From: Octopus vulgaris
Taxonomy: Eukaryota
Assembly (NCBI GenBank): GCA_951406725.2
Contig: OX597824.1
Span: 59,830,001 to 59,894,000, forward strand
DNA length: 64,000 nt
Direction: 5' to 3'
The notes under the pieces were generated by a model. The model worked only from the letters and a program-made list of their open reading frames with translations. It was not told the origin of the DNA and made no database searches. The stretch's first letter is position 1. Every line of letters starts with the position of its first letter. Position numbers and translations under genes: made by a program. This document shows positions 50,188 to 62,558 of this stretch, piece by piece.

Positions 50188-50779
50188 TGTGTGTTGCGTG
50201 AATGTGTATGTGTGTGAATGTATGTGTGTGTGAGCGCGTATGTGTGTGTGATGATTGTGGTGTTGAAAGTATTTCATTAACGTGTTACTTATTTCTGACA
50301 AAAGGGCAAGAAATATCATTCTAGCCAAAGGAATTTGTTCTCACATCAGTTTTAGTGGATAAGGCTTCAATATTATGGCTGCAACATCATCATCATCGCC
50401 AGCAGCTGTACACTTACTTCGGACACAGTAAAATAGGTCATAGTTCCATTAGTTCTTGAAAACGTCTATTAGAGCCACTTTCCAATTCAAATTCTGAAAT
50501 CTTTAAAACATGAACGATACCTCTTCCCTTTGACCTACACTGGTTTAATTACATTGTATAGCAATTAAGAAAAAAAAAACAGAAATAAGAATAGCCTTTT
50601 CTATGGGCATTTTGTGTGTAAATCACGAATATAACATCCGTTTCTTTCTATGACCCTCCAGTTTCTCGTAAATTACCATTTTACTTACGTTAAATACATT
50701 GATGGTTCCGTAGGAATTGAGTGCAAACAGGATTGGGTCAAAACTGACAACTCTAAAAGTTATGAACGGATTTTGATAT

Positions 50780-52319
50780 AATTTTAATGGGGTGTTCCTA
50801 AGGTATGTCAACCTAACCTATGAAAACTATAAAAGTACATTCAATATTTTTATTGCTATATGGGTCCAAATCCGTGGCAAATCTGACAAGAAACCACAAC
50901 TCACCACCCAACATAAACTCAATGATCTAGTTCGTGATCTAACACTAAGCAACAGAGTGAAGTCCTGGCCTCACGTCTGCAACCTTGGAACCTGTTGGAT
51001 AAAGATGTTCGAATTACAGTATTTAGGAATTGTTCTGCAGATCTACAGTAATTCTTCACTTTGGAAAACAACTTGATTTATTGTAATGATATCAGAGACC
51101 TATTCAATATCCTTGAGCTGACCTATGAACCAAATGAGTTGAGGTTATTCATAGATGCATCCCTTTACAGCATAAAAGCGGTTCTGTTTCACATTGGGAA
51201 CATCATGCCTTCAGTTCCACTTGCTCACTCAGTCATTTTAAGAGAGACATATGTGAATCTCAATTTTATTCTAGACCGTATACGTTACAAGGAGTATGAG
51301 TGGCTAATTTGTGCAGATTTCAAAGTAGTAGCCCTACTTAAGGGGCTACAAACTGGATACACCAAGTTTATGTGCTTCCTTTGCAAGTGGAACAGTAGGG
51401 CCAGATCAGAACAGTATGTACGCTCAGAATGGCCACCTCGGGAAACTATGATGCCTGGATGCTATAATGTAAATCATGAGCCAATAGTTAAGAAGAAAAT
51501 CCTTTTGCCACCACTGCATATAAAACTGGGCCTAACGAAGCAATTTACCAAAGCACTGCAACATAACAAGCCATATTTCCAGCACCTTAAGGCGATCTTC
51601 CCTAAAATAAGTGACGCCAAGATTAAAGAGGGCATATTCGTAGGCCCTCAGATTCGTCAACTTATAGCTGATGAAGACTTCGAGGCGACAATGGATGAAA
51701 CTGAGCTAGCGGCCTGGCTTGCATTCAAAGATGTATACAAAAGACTTCTGGGAAAGCACCGAGTGGCCCAGCGAGAGAGTATAGTGGAGAACCTTATCAA
51801 GTGCTACCAAGATCTCGGATGCAATATGTCACTGAAGATACACTTTCTTCTTTCTCATCTGTCCTTCTTCCCAAAGAATGCATGAGATGTGAGTGATGAA
51901 CATGGAGAGAGGTTTCATCAAGACATAGCATCAATGGAAAACAGGTATAAGGGGAAATTATGCTGATTGACTTCTGCTGGAACCTAAAGCGTGACACACC
52001 TGAAACGTCTTATAAACGAAAAAGTAAATACTAAAATGTAGGTTAATACATTATATCATGCTAACAAACATGCCGATTCATTATATATTTATGAATTAAT
52101 TACAATAGACATATTTAATCTGACTTTGGGAGCAAAATAAATTTATGGTATCATGGAAATTGGTATAAATTGCAGAGTTATTAAGTCGGCAATTTACAAG
52201 AAAATGTGACATGAGAGGAATTTTTTGTTATAAAATTCGAATTTAGTACAATCAACTTAATAATAAAATGTACATGAGAACTATGTTTTTTTCTGGACCC
52301 TGAAATTTGTTGTACAGTG
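50780..52319 (+). mobile_element. Chapaev (CMC) transposon remnant
   Basis: RLFIDAS, ICADFKV, GYTKFMCFLC.W, LLPPLHIKLGL, KIKEGIFVGPQIR, SLKIHFL, VSDEHGERFHQDI; right end CAGTG|TTA. Left end uncertain (a CACTG lies at 50538). Confidence 0.85.
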
Positions 52320-52459
52320 TTACAGGTAGATTTTACTGTTGGATTAATTGAACTAACGGCTACAATTAAACACTCGTATATGGGGCTATGCTCACACTAG
52401 TTTCCGGCGATGAATTGTATCATCACGTGATTCATCTATCAATCTAAATGAACTGAAAA

Positions 52460-53220
52460 TATTTAACACTAGTCAAGACTACATAGCACTTAGTCGTTTT
52501 CATTGACGTCTTTCACTTATGAGTTAAGGTGAGCAAAGTTGCAAATCAACTATGACATCTTCGTTGATATTTCGACAAAAGAATTGTCAATATATACACA
52601 GAAGCAAGGACTTGCAAGTGAATGTATAACTTGATTACACACACAAAGATGTCCTCCATGCAAACTTCTAAACACTTTTGACAAGACACGTACCTCAAAC
52701 ATCTGTACAATATTTTACTTCAAGTTTCCACTGAACTCGAAATTTCTCACAATCAAAATATATTTTATGATTGAATGTGTATGAATGTTCCTTCGCTTAA
52801 AGTTCTCTCACACATCACAGAACCTGAAATACAAGCCTACCACTTAAGTAATTCCAATTATTTAACACTAGTCAAGACTACATAGCACTTAGTCGTTTTC
52901 ATTGACGTCTTTCACTTATGAGTTAAGGTGAGCAAAGTTGCAAATCAACTATGACATCGTTGATATTTCGACAAAAGAATTGTCAATATATACACAGAAG
53001 CAAGGACTTGCAAGTGAATGTATAACTTGATTACACACACAAAGGCCGAGGTTTGTAAAACAGTTTAGTTTTATAACCTATTGAATACATACAGAAAAGC
53101 AGAGGTTTCTAAAAGAAATGTATGACTCAATTGAATATATTCACAGAAGCAGAGTTTTGAAAAAAAGTTTATAACCTATTGAATATATACACATGAGCAG
53201 ATGTTTGTAAAAGAAATATA
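52460..53220. repeat. ~188-bp direct repeat (52460-52648 / 52859-53044) followed by a degenerate ~50-bp minisatellite
   Basis: Near-identical copies differing by a 3-bp indel. Confidence 0.85.
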
Positions 53221-53382
53221 TAGGCGCAGGCATGTTTGTGTGACAAAAAGTTTGCTTACCAGCCACGTGGTTTCGGGTTCAGCCCCACTGCGTGGCACCT
53301 TGGGCAAGTGTCTTCTACTGTAACCTCAGGCCGACCAAAGCTTCGTGAGTGGATTTGGTAGACGGAAACTGAAAGAAGCCCG

Positions 53383-53469
<87 letters not shown>

Positions 53470-53700
53470 TATATATAGTTTCCAATGGAAATAGGTTACT
53501 ATTTCATAGGTTTGGATTTTATGGAAGTGTACACTGATTTAGCTTCATATCAATTAATATACTTTGGATTTCATTAATTTGTATTAGTATTATTGTTAAC
53601 ACTTATGAAGTTCCAGTTGTCGTTATAGATGTTTTAATTCATTCGATATAGAACAGAACTTTAATAACATAACATAAGGAAAAATTGAAATGCACGTATA

Positions 53701-54620
53701 TCTCTTATTATAAAAGGCAGATTTTATCTGCCTCCCTTTGTCTCTTATAGAAATCTACAATATAGGACGAAAATATTTATATATAAAAGAAAGGTTGTGT
53801 GTCTGTCTACTCCGATTTAGATTCCTAACTACTCCCACATTTTGCGATGCAGTTTAACCAAAACCGGGTATCTTATAGTCGTGATTCATATCGAGCCCTT
53901 CTGGGTATTAGCGCGCGTCTACGATGAGTCTATGATTTTACAAATAATTTACCATCATTTTTTTCCATTTTAATGCATATTTTTTTTAATAAAGGGAAGT
54001 AACTCTCAAACTACACACCAATATGCGTGCTCATATGCGACGTAATATCACATCAGCAGCATTTCCTCACACCCTCCTTGCACTTGGCGAACGCAAAATA
54101 CCAGGGGATGAAAATGGTAATATTGTCATCGATTCCATTTGTAACATTGTTAAGACGCCTTCTGATCTCAGAGATGCAGTGTTCCCAGATCTACAAGCTA
54201 ATTATCAGAATATGGATTGGATTGGCAAAAAGGCTATACTAGCCCCGAGGAATAAAACTGTTCACCATATTAATGATGAAATGCTAAAACTCATTCCTGG
54301 GGAAGTCTATGTATATCAGTCTATCGATACAACTCCTGACCCAGAGGACGTCATCAACTATCCAATAGAGGTACTCAATTCCTTTGAGCACCCCGGACTA
54401 CCACCACACTTTCTCAAACTTAAAGTTGGTGCCCCTATAATGCTCATCAGAAATTTGGTTCCCCCAAAACAATGCAATGGCACACGTTTGATCGTTAAGT
54501 CCTTATCTCCCACCGTAAACTTATATCAATATTTGCCTGAATAATCATCATAATTCAGTGCAATCATTAACAGTACTTTCAAGCAATTCAGCCCCGAGCA
54601 ACGCCGGGCAATTCTGCTAG
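53701..54620 (+). mobile_element. Non-autonomous Helitron carrying a PIF1-helicase fragment
   Basis: A|TC start, CCCGAGCAACGCCGGGC hairpin, CTAG|T end; ORF with AILAPRN, GLPPH.LKLKVGAPIMLIRN and CNGTRL. Confidence 0.92.
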
Positions 54621-54631
54621 TATATATATAA

Positions 54632-55515
54632 AGTAATGCCTCGATATACGAGCTAATTCATTCCCGGAGATCGCTCGTAAAGTGCGAACTCGTAAACCAG
54701 AGTAATAATTTCCCATAATAGTAATGTTGTAAATTGTAATTCGTTCTAAGAAAAATATTTTACCTATAAAATTTATAATACTTGTAAATAAATGGCAATA
54801 AAACAACAGTGGAATGTAAAGAATATTTTATGTATTGTAAAAAGAATGACAAGATCATTTATAATTTAAAAAATTATTATATTTGTTTTCTGAATCCCTT
54901 TCCCTCGCACTAGACTCGCCCTCATCATCACTTGTAGACGAGACCGCCGATTCACTAGCACTCTTTGACGGACTTGTAGATTTCTTTTTAAAAGACAAGT
55001 CTAGAGTTGTTTGCTTAGAGGACGCCTTTTTTCGCTCTCCATAAAGTTATTTCCAAACGCCCTTCATATTCTTTTGAGTGATATTATCCCACCCTTTTCC
55101 TATGATTTTTACTGCGGTATAAATGTTGTGATTTTTTCCAGATTTTCCCCTTCTTTGTCTGTTTCTTCATTCAGCATTGCAAAGGTGTAGCGTAAATAAT
55201 GGGCATTATAAGTTGCAATAACACCTTGATCTATTGGTTGCAAAAGTGATGTCGTGTTCCGAGGCAAAAAAAAAAATAATATATAACTTTGACAGTAGGA
55301 TGGAGATATTGCAGAATTGTAGAGTGGCTAGGTATATACACAAAATAGAAGTTCCTTCTTATCACAATATTTCTTAACATCCGATACAAAGTGATATGAA
55401 AACCATTCTTTAAATAATGTTGTCGTAACCCATGCCTTTTTTATTAGATTTTCACATGACTGGAAGAGTATTTTTTAAGATGTCTTTAAGTACCCTAGGA
55501 TTTTCCACTCGATAA
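54632..55515 (-). mobile_element. pogo/Tigger-like transposon 3' remnant
   Basis: Manual translation NPRVLK...SNKKAWVTTTLFKEWF...PRNTTSLLQPIDQGVIA (DDE_1); TIR-like AGTAATGCCTCGATATACGAG. Confidence 0.75.
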
Positions 55516-55534
55516 AAAATAAAAATAATGAAAT

Positions 55535-56801
55535 TATTGTATACAGTGCTCAGGTGCACCACAACTTGTCAGACAAGGCGTATAAATTATATGCAGTAAT
55601 GTAAAAATGTCTGGAAAGTGAACAGTGTATGAGTCAGATACATGCTTGTGTGTGTATGGAGGGGAGAAAATCAGGTGTAGTGTTGGCGAATCTCAGAAAG
55701 CATGGAAGTTTTGAAGGATGCAGTGCTCCGACAACTAACAACTGATGCCGGCAGTTTGTTCCATGCTTCAGCAACTCTCAGCGTGAAAAAATGTTTCCTG
55801 AAGTCATAGGAGCTGTGCTGTTTTCTGACTTTGTAAATATGTCCACGGGTGTTAGACAGGTGGAGTTTGAAAAGGTGCTCAGAGTTATTGTTTGTAAGAT
55901 GGTTAATAATTTTATGGGTGTCTGCCAAGTCAGTTGCCAGACGTCGGAGTTTCAATGTGTCCATGCAAAGGGAAGTAAGGCGTTCAGAATATGGCAAATG
56001 CCTGATGGAGGGTATTCTTTTGGTTGTACGTCGCTGAACGGCTTCCAGACGATTAATATCCTGGGCAAGATAGGGGTTCCAGACCGGTGATGCAAATTCC
56101 AAGTGAGGTCGCACTATAGCTATATAAAGCCGCAGATAGATAGCCGGAGAGCGGCTCACAAAGGACTTGGTGAGTGATGCCAAGACACCCTCAGCCTTCT
56201 TGGAAATTTTAGCGATGAGTTTTGTCCAACGCAAATCACTGTCGACAATAACACCCAGGTCACGTTCACACGAAGACTTTTTGAGATTAGTGTTGTGGAG
56301 GGAGTAAGTGGACGCTGGGTTTCTCCTCCCAAAATGCATGGTGGTACATTTGTCCACAGCCAGCTTGAGTTGCCAGTCCATGACCCACTGCTGCATTGTG
56401 TCCAGGTCTGCCAGCAATAGAGATCTATAGTGTACAGGATCTGTCCTCTTTATTTCGAGGTACAGCTTGATGTCATCTGCATATTTCAGCACTGTGGCAT
56501 TCTTTAAGTTGGCACCTATGTCATTAACATACGCAATAAATAAAAGGGGGCCAAGAACAGATCCCTGTGGTACACCAGATGTCATCTCATAGGGTGAAGA
56601 GTGCTGTCCTAGAACTGTGACAACCTCTTTTCGGCCGAAAATAAAGGACTTCAACCAGTTATAGAGTTCGTCACTTACGCCCAACGCAGAGAGTTTCACC
56701 ATAAGTCTTTTGTGTGGCACAGAGTAAAAAGCCTTAGCAAAGTCCAGGTAAACAACATCCACCCAGGATCCGCGATCAGTGATTTGGGTAATGTCTAGCA
56801 T
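55535..56801 (-). mobile_element. 5'-truncated CR1 LINE (RT C-terminal half), ORF uninterrupted
   Basis: YLDFAKAF.SVPH, SGVPQGSVLGP, YADD, ERDLGV, VRPHLE, FFTLRV...WN.LP. Confidence 0.92.
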
Positions 56802-57201
56802 TGGTTTTAATTTTAATGGTGTGACTCACTATTAAATATAGAATCAATTCATTATAGCATTTCTTTTTGACTGAAGCTTTAGGTTTGGTTGTCGAAACAG
56901 GTGGATAGCCACAATAAATAGAAGGGTGTACTCAGTTTATATTTTATTGGCAGCTGGAATCTGATGATGAGGGTCAAAGATCAGAAAACAAAATTCAAAG
57001 GGTAGAAAAATACTTTAAAATATATAACATGAATATAAACATAAAGAATAAAGAATAAATAAATAAAAGCTAAATAAATACCAGAGCCCAATCAAGCGTG
57101 AATATAAAATAAGAGCAGCTGAACTGAAGGCTGAAAAATATTTTTATATGTTCAAAAGGAGTGGCTTCGTTAGTTATGTACAATGATGATGATGATGATG
57201 A

Positions 57202-57237
<36 letters not shown>

Positions 57238-57479
57238 CAATGCATTTCTGTGTTTGTGAATGCGAGTCGTTAACGAATATAGGCTGTATTAAAACACTAT
57301 TCAGAAAGTTGTATGTTTCACACACACGCACACACATGAATAAATTGTTGTCTAAATTACGGTGCAGTGAATAAACTGTTGTCTAAATTACGTAAAAAGG
57401 AAAATAACACTGACATCTCATTTTGATAGATATTTCCACCAAAATTACATAAAAATATCTTGAAATACTAAAGAATAAA

Positions 57480-58360
57480 TTTATTCAATAAAATTGCCAT
57501 TGGCTTCAACCACGGTCACAAGAAGAGATCGGAATCTTTTGCAACTCTTTAGGACGATCTCCTTATTTAAGCTTGTGAATAATGCCATAATCCTTGCCTT
57601 CAGTTCATCTTTGGTATTACAAGGAGTTTTGGGATCTTTTTCGGTTTGACCGGCATTTTTTTTTCTAGCGGTGTCATATGAAATTGCCACCCATAATTAT
57701 GACCCTAGTATCAATCTATTGCATTTCAATCTGTTTTAGGGTTAGGGTTAGAGTTAGGGTTAGTTAAGGTTAGTTAGGGTTAGGGTTAGGGGTGGGGGGA
57801 AGGGTAGCTTTTTTCTTCAGGAATGTAAATAAACCCAATCTGTTTCTTAAACGAGGGACATATTCATACGGCACAGAATGTTTTCACCGCAATAGACACC
57901 ATTGATTGGTTGAAATTGCAGAAATTGAAGAAAAAAAACAACAAATATCTTACAAACTATAGAATTTTCTCAATAAAACCAAGAAAAAAAGATGTTTTAT
58001 AAACACATTCTACCAGTATACGAAGTTTAAAAGTGTTTAGTTACGTGGAAATTATTTTGAAAGACTGCCGGTTAAACCGAAAAGATCCGAGTTTTGTTGG
58101 TCTCTTGCTCAACTGCGCTCCACTCATAATAAGCAAGGGGGTTGCAGTCTGGGGAGTTAGGTGGCCAAATGTTAGGGGTGGTATGGTCGCAGAAATTGTC
58201 TGACAGCTATGACTGGATTCTCCTGCTTGTGCGGCTTGGTGCATAGTCCTGTTGCCAGACATAGGGTCTTCCAGCGGCCACTCTCTTAACCCAGGGCAGC
58301 ACTGCTTCCTACATGCACTTGATGTAGGTTTCCGTGTTGAGTCTGAGGCAGTGTGGGAAG
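57480..58360 (-). mobile_element. Tc1/mariner-type transposase remnant split by a MITE
   Basis: WPPNSPDCNPL...VEQETNKT continues as PCNTKDELKARI across the insertion. Confidence 0.7.
57632..58088. mobile_element. MITE with 8-bp TSD (Merlin-like) containing TTAGGG repeats
   Basis: TIRs GGATCTTTTTCGGTTTGACCGGCA / TGCCGGTTAAACCGAAAAGATCC; perfect TSD GAGTTTTG at 57624-57631 and 58089-58096. Confidence 0.85.
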
Positions 58361-58464
58361 ATGAATGGAGACATAAGTACATACATATACACACTCACGT
58401 ACACCCAGACATACGCACTCTTATATACGCACTCATGCCGTCTGACGTATGCACATATACGCAT

Positions 58465-60420
58465 TAGAGAGTGTCAATTTTGATAACTTCCTAAACATCT
58501 AATTTGGTAGTGAAATTATTGTGCCTTTTTACTCCCAGAGTTGAGATATATATATATATACCAAAATGGATTAAAATAACTCTAACATACATAAATTTTA
58601 TCCTAAGTTTTCGATATGGAGTTGTTTTGAAACAATAAATGAAAATTTATATGAAAAACTGGTTAGACTCAAAATATCACTCTTATATTATCTTTTAATT
58701 GATTAAATGAATTTTATATTATCTTTTAATTGGTTAAATTAGTTTTTACTCTTTTCAGATATTCACAAGATGTCAACACTGAAGACTAGAGGCCAGATAT
58801 TATCCCACTTGTGCCTGTTAACTAGTACAGAGAAAGAGCTTCTTGTATCAGAGCTTCCAACAGTGAGAGACATTTTAAGACTTGGGTTACTACTTCGAAA
58901 GTAAAATTCCAACGACAAAAGGAACTATACAGATAGGGAACTCATACATGATATAATACCCAACCTGCGCCAGTGGACAAAAGATAATGCACAATTTAAA
59001 CCGCCAGTGATCATACAGTGTCGAACAATTGAGCTAAAACTAATGGGATTGTGGCGGAAAACAGTTCACACATAACTTGGTAAAGAAAACTTGGCAATGA
59101 AAAATACTTTTCTATACTCGATACACTGTTCGATATTTTGAGCTGCAAATGTTCCATAGTTTTGTGTTCAAAAGAGGTTGTTCTCCCACTGGTAAGAGAG
59201 TAAATCATTCCCACATTGATTGTTGTTGCCCTCTTGAAAAGAAGACATCTTTTCTAGAGCTTGATTTCATAAGCTCACAGAGGACAAAGGCAGGCAGCCA
59301 AATCAGGAGGCCAATGCAGCATGCAAATGGGCTCAACTGATTATAAAGAGAGAGACAGATTTCTACTGAAAAAAAGGAATGGTCTTGTCCGAGAGAGGGA
59401 AGGAAAGAAGAGAATGAAGAATTGTTTGATAGTTCTTCTGAAGAAAATGAAATAATCTCACATGAAAATTCTAAAGAATCTTCTGAAACCATATCAAAGA
59501 GAGGAAAATACAAAACAAGAGACATTTCAAACGTTGCATTAGCTAGTATTCGTCACCATACTGGACTCCGTGAGGCTGCTGAAATTGCAAGTGCCGCTTG
59601 GATAGATGCAGGCCTCATCAGTCAAGAGGATTCGTCCTTGGTTATAGATCATAATGAACTTAGAAGAGCGCAAGAAAAAGTAATGAGTGAGATATCTGAT
59701 CAGCAAGAAAAAGTATTAAAAGGATGTCTCTCCTGTCTTTTGTTTGATGGAAGAATAAATGAAACCAAAGATATGGTTGAAGTAGATGGACTTTCCAGAA
59801 AACTTCAAAGAACATTACAGTCTCTGCTCTGAGCCTGGTTGTCAGTTTTTGTTTCATTTCACACCTGAAGTTGAAAGTGGAAGGGAAAAAACACACAGAA
59901 CTAATTGCTGATAATATTTTATGCTGGCTTCAAGAGAGGGGGCTTGAAAATTCAGTGCAGGCTATCGGTAGGGATTCATCAGCAGTGAATACTGGCTGGA
60001 AGGGAGAAGTAATGAGTTATTTAGAGAAAAAACTTGAAAGAAGACGTATTTGGACTGTATGTGATTTGCATACAGGTGAGCTAGCTCTTCATCACCTCGT
60101 CCAGAAAATTGATGGTCCTGCAAAAAGCAATAATAATTTGTCAGGTCCTTTTGGCAACGTGTTGGATGAAGCAATACAACCAGAAATAAATGCAAACTTT
60201 CCTTGAAGTAAGCCCTTCCATTCCTTGAAGTTGGCCCAATTAAATGTCAATGCCACCAAGCTTGATTTGAGCTCTGAGGCCTTGGAACGACCATTGACAA
60301 CATTCTTAACTAGTAAGAATCTCAAAAGCTTTAAAGACACACAAATAATAGTCACACACACAAAGTGTTGAGAGGTGTGTTAAAATAATCACTGAAACTG
60401 CGAGTCATGTTTAGTCAAAT
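58465..60420 (+). mobile_element. Degenerate hAT-like (hATx-type) transposase remnant
   Basis: LLFDGR, IGRDSSAVNTGWKG...W.VC.LH..EL.L.HL...IDGP, HTQSVERCVK. Confidence 0.65.
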
Positions 60421-60794
60421 AGAAAAAATAACGAATATACCCGGCTTTGATCAAAGCCGGGTGGATTCGTTATTTTTTCTCTTTACCTGCGTGAGTGGTA
60501 AAGTATTACTGTCTGGGAGATATCTTATGGTAGTGGAATAGTATTTAACTGCTATTTCTAAATTTTGGTATGTGGTGAAGCAAATTTTGCTGAACCCTAA
60601 TTATAATTATGCATATAATTATAGAATTTTTGTATAAGTTTACCGATAATGGTTCTTTTAACATACCGAATTACTTGGTAAAATTATTAATTATTAATTG
60701 ATTAATTAATTTTACCCTTTATTATTATAGACATATATATATAGACATATATGTATACAGACATATATATTATATAGACATATATTATATAGAC

Positions 60795-60826
<32 letters not shown>

Positions 60827-60833
<7 letters not shown>

Positions 60834-61448
60834 TTATTTTTATTGCTGAAAAAGGCGAAACTGCAGTCTAAGATGAACAGAGTTAGTAAAAGTTTTTATT
60901 TTCATTTCACTAAATTTATCAAGCTTCTGTGTTTCTAGTACATACTTCGCCTTTAATGTACTTATATATGAATAATATATGGCATGTGCTAGAAACACCA
61001 GCGATAATAATTAATTTTATTTTATTTTATCGCATTTTGAATTTGTTTACATATTTCTCGATAAATTTTGAGCGTTAGACTATATACCAGAAATCCCTAG
61101 TTTGTCGGGTTCGTTCTGCGTCTGCGCAGTGATCTGATTAGTTAGAAAGAGCAAATTAGTAGACGCACATGTGTCTATCGAGTTGCGCTTCATAATAACA
61201 GGAATCTTACTGAAGAGCCTACCTGAGTAAATAAATATTATTTTTATTGCTGAAAAAGGCGAAACTGCAGTCTAAGATGAACAGAGTTAGTAAAAGTTTT
61301 TATTTTCATTTCACTAAATTTATCAAGCTTCTGTGTTTCTAGTACATACTTCGCCTTTAATGTACTTATATATGAATAATATATGGCCTGTGCTAGAAAC
61401 ACCAGCGATAATAATTAATTTTATTTTATTTTATCGCATTTTGAATTT

Positions 61449-61453
<5 letters not shown>
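60827..61453 (+). mobile_element. Partial tandem (about 1.55 units) of a 404-bp non-coding hammerhead-bearing unit (retrozyme/PLE pLTR-like)
   Basis: 60827-61049 repeats at 61231-61453; (TA)n on both sides. Confidence 0.85.
61204..61278 (+). ncRNA. Canonical type I hammerhead ribozyme
   Basis: ATCTTA-CTGAAGA-GCCT...AGGC-GAAA-CTGCAG-TC-TAAGAT. Perfect 6-bp stem I, intact core, palindromic ACTGCAGT stem III, GUC site after 61272. Confidence 0.9.
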
Positions 61454-61486
<33 letters not shown>

Positions 61487-61493
61487 TATATAT

Positions 61494-61496
<3 letters not shown>

Positions 61497-61565
<69 letters not shown>
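61497..61565. repeat. (GATA)n repeat
   Basis: Visible directly. Confidence 0.95.
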
Positions 61566-61566
<1 letters not shown>

Positions 61567-61787
61567 GTTTATATTCGGTTAAAAGAAGAAAAGAAAACGG
61601 AGATTAGGAACTTAGTTATTTGTTAACAGCCGTTTCAATTAATACTCGATAATCCAATTACAAATTTGATGTACAAATTTGTAAATAAATTATTGACAGG
61701 TGCGTTTGCTAGTATATATAAATATGTGTGTGTTTGCATGCGTATATATATGTATACATATACATACACATATATATAAATATATGC

Positions 61788-61862
<75 letters not shown>

Positions 61863-61899
61863 TATACATACACACATACACATATATATATATATATAA

Positions 61900-62440
61900 A
61901 CATGGTGGCTTCCCCCCTCGTTATTGAGTATAGCCATTGCACGAAGCTTAATCAATGTTGTTATCGTGCAATGCCTGTGCAAGAAGATTTTTTTAAAGTG
62001 AGGAAAGGCTGTGCACTGAGTCAATCCCACTCACTAAGCAACAGCAGCCATAATCCGAAAAGAAGTACAAGTCAGCATCATCGGTAACCACTGAGCCGCA
62101 GGTTTTATGTCGGAGTTATCCCAGTTACCTGAGTTACCTTCTCCTAGAAGGATGCCCTAGGAGTCCTTCACTCCCAATGGTTTAACCGCGCGATCAGGTA
62201 TTCAGTCCGATTATTTCTATGTCCCCGCGCATGATACAGCCTTAAGACATTTATTGGATGGCCGTTGACTCTCAAGAGTTCCTCTGCCCTTTGACGGGTT
62301 TTGTTTTTCATCCTGTAGGGTGTCCAATAAACACCCTCCTCACCAAGCAAGCTGGTGGGGTTGCCGGTTTAGTCGCCGACGACCTGACCATGCAACAGAT
62401 TGTACTAGGTTACATGTTACCAGTAGCACTCGAAAGTGAC
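61900..62440 (-). mobile_element. Possible RTE-LINE 5'UTR-derived element
   Basis: GC-richer island between microsatellites, with TCTAGGAGAAGGTAACTC on minus, which resembles RTE 5'UTR motifs; no coding evidence. Confidence 0.35.
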
Positions 62441-62516
62441 ATACATACACACACACATACACCTATATGTAAATATACATATATACATAGATCACATCCA
62501 ATTAGGTGTGTATGTA

Positions 62517-62558
<42 letters not shown>

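Noticed and set aside
52460-53220. CRISPR-like array
   Set aside because: Eukaryotic context; long duplications and a minisatellite rather than repeat-spacer units; no cas genes.
54023-54544. Host PIF1 helicase gene
   Set aside because: Partial domain bounded by Helitron termini.
56868-56975. Possible hammerhead (CTGAAG...GTCGAAACAGG; CTGATGA)
   Set aside because: Core incomplete and no convincing stem I, II or III.
57736-57790. True telomere or chromosome fusion site
   Set aside because: Short, degenerate and enclosed in a TIR/TSD-bounded MITE.
61900-62440. HDV-like ribozyme in the putative RTE 5'UTR
   Set aside because: I could not assemble the P1/P1.1/P2/P3/P4 nested pseudoknot by eye; an Infernal or RNArobo search is needed.
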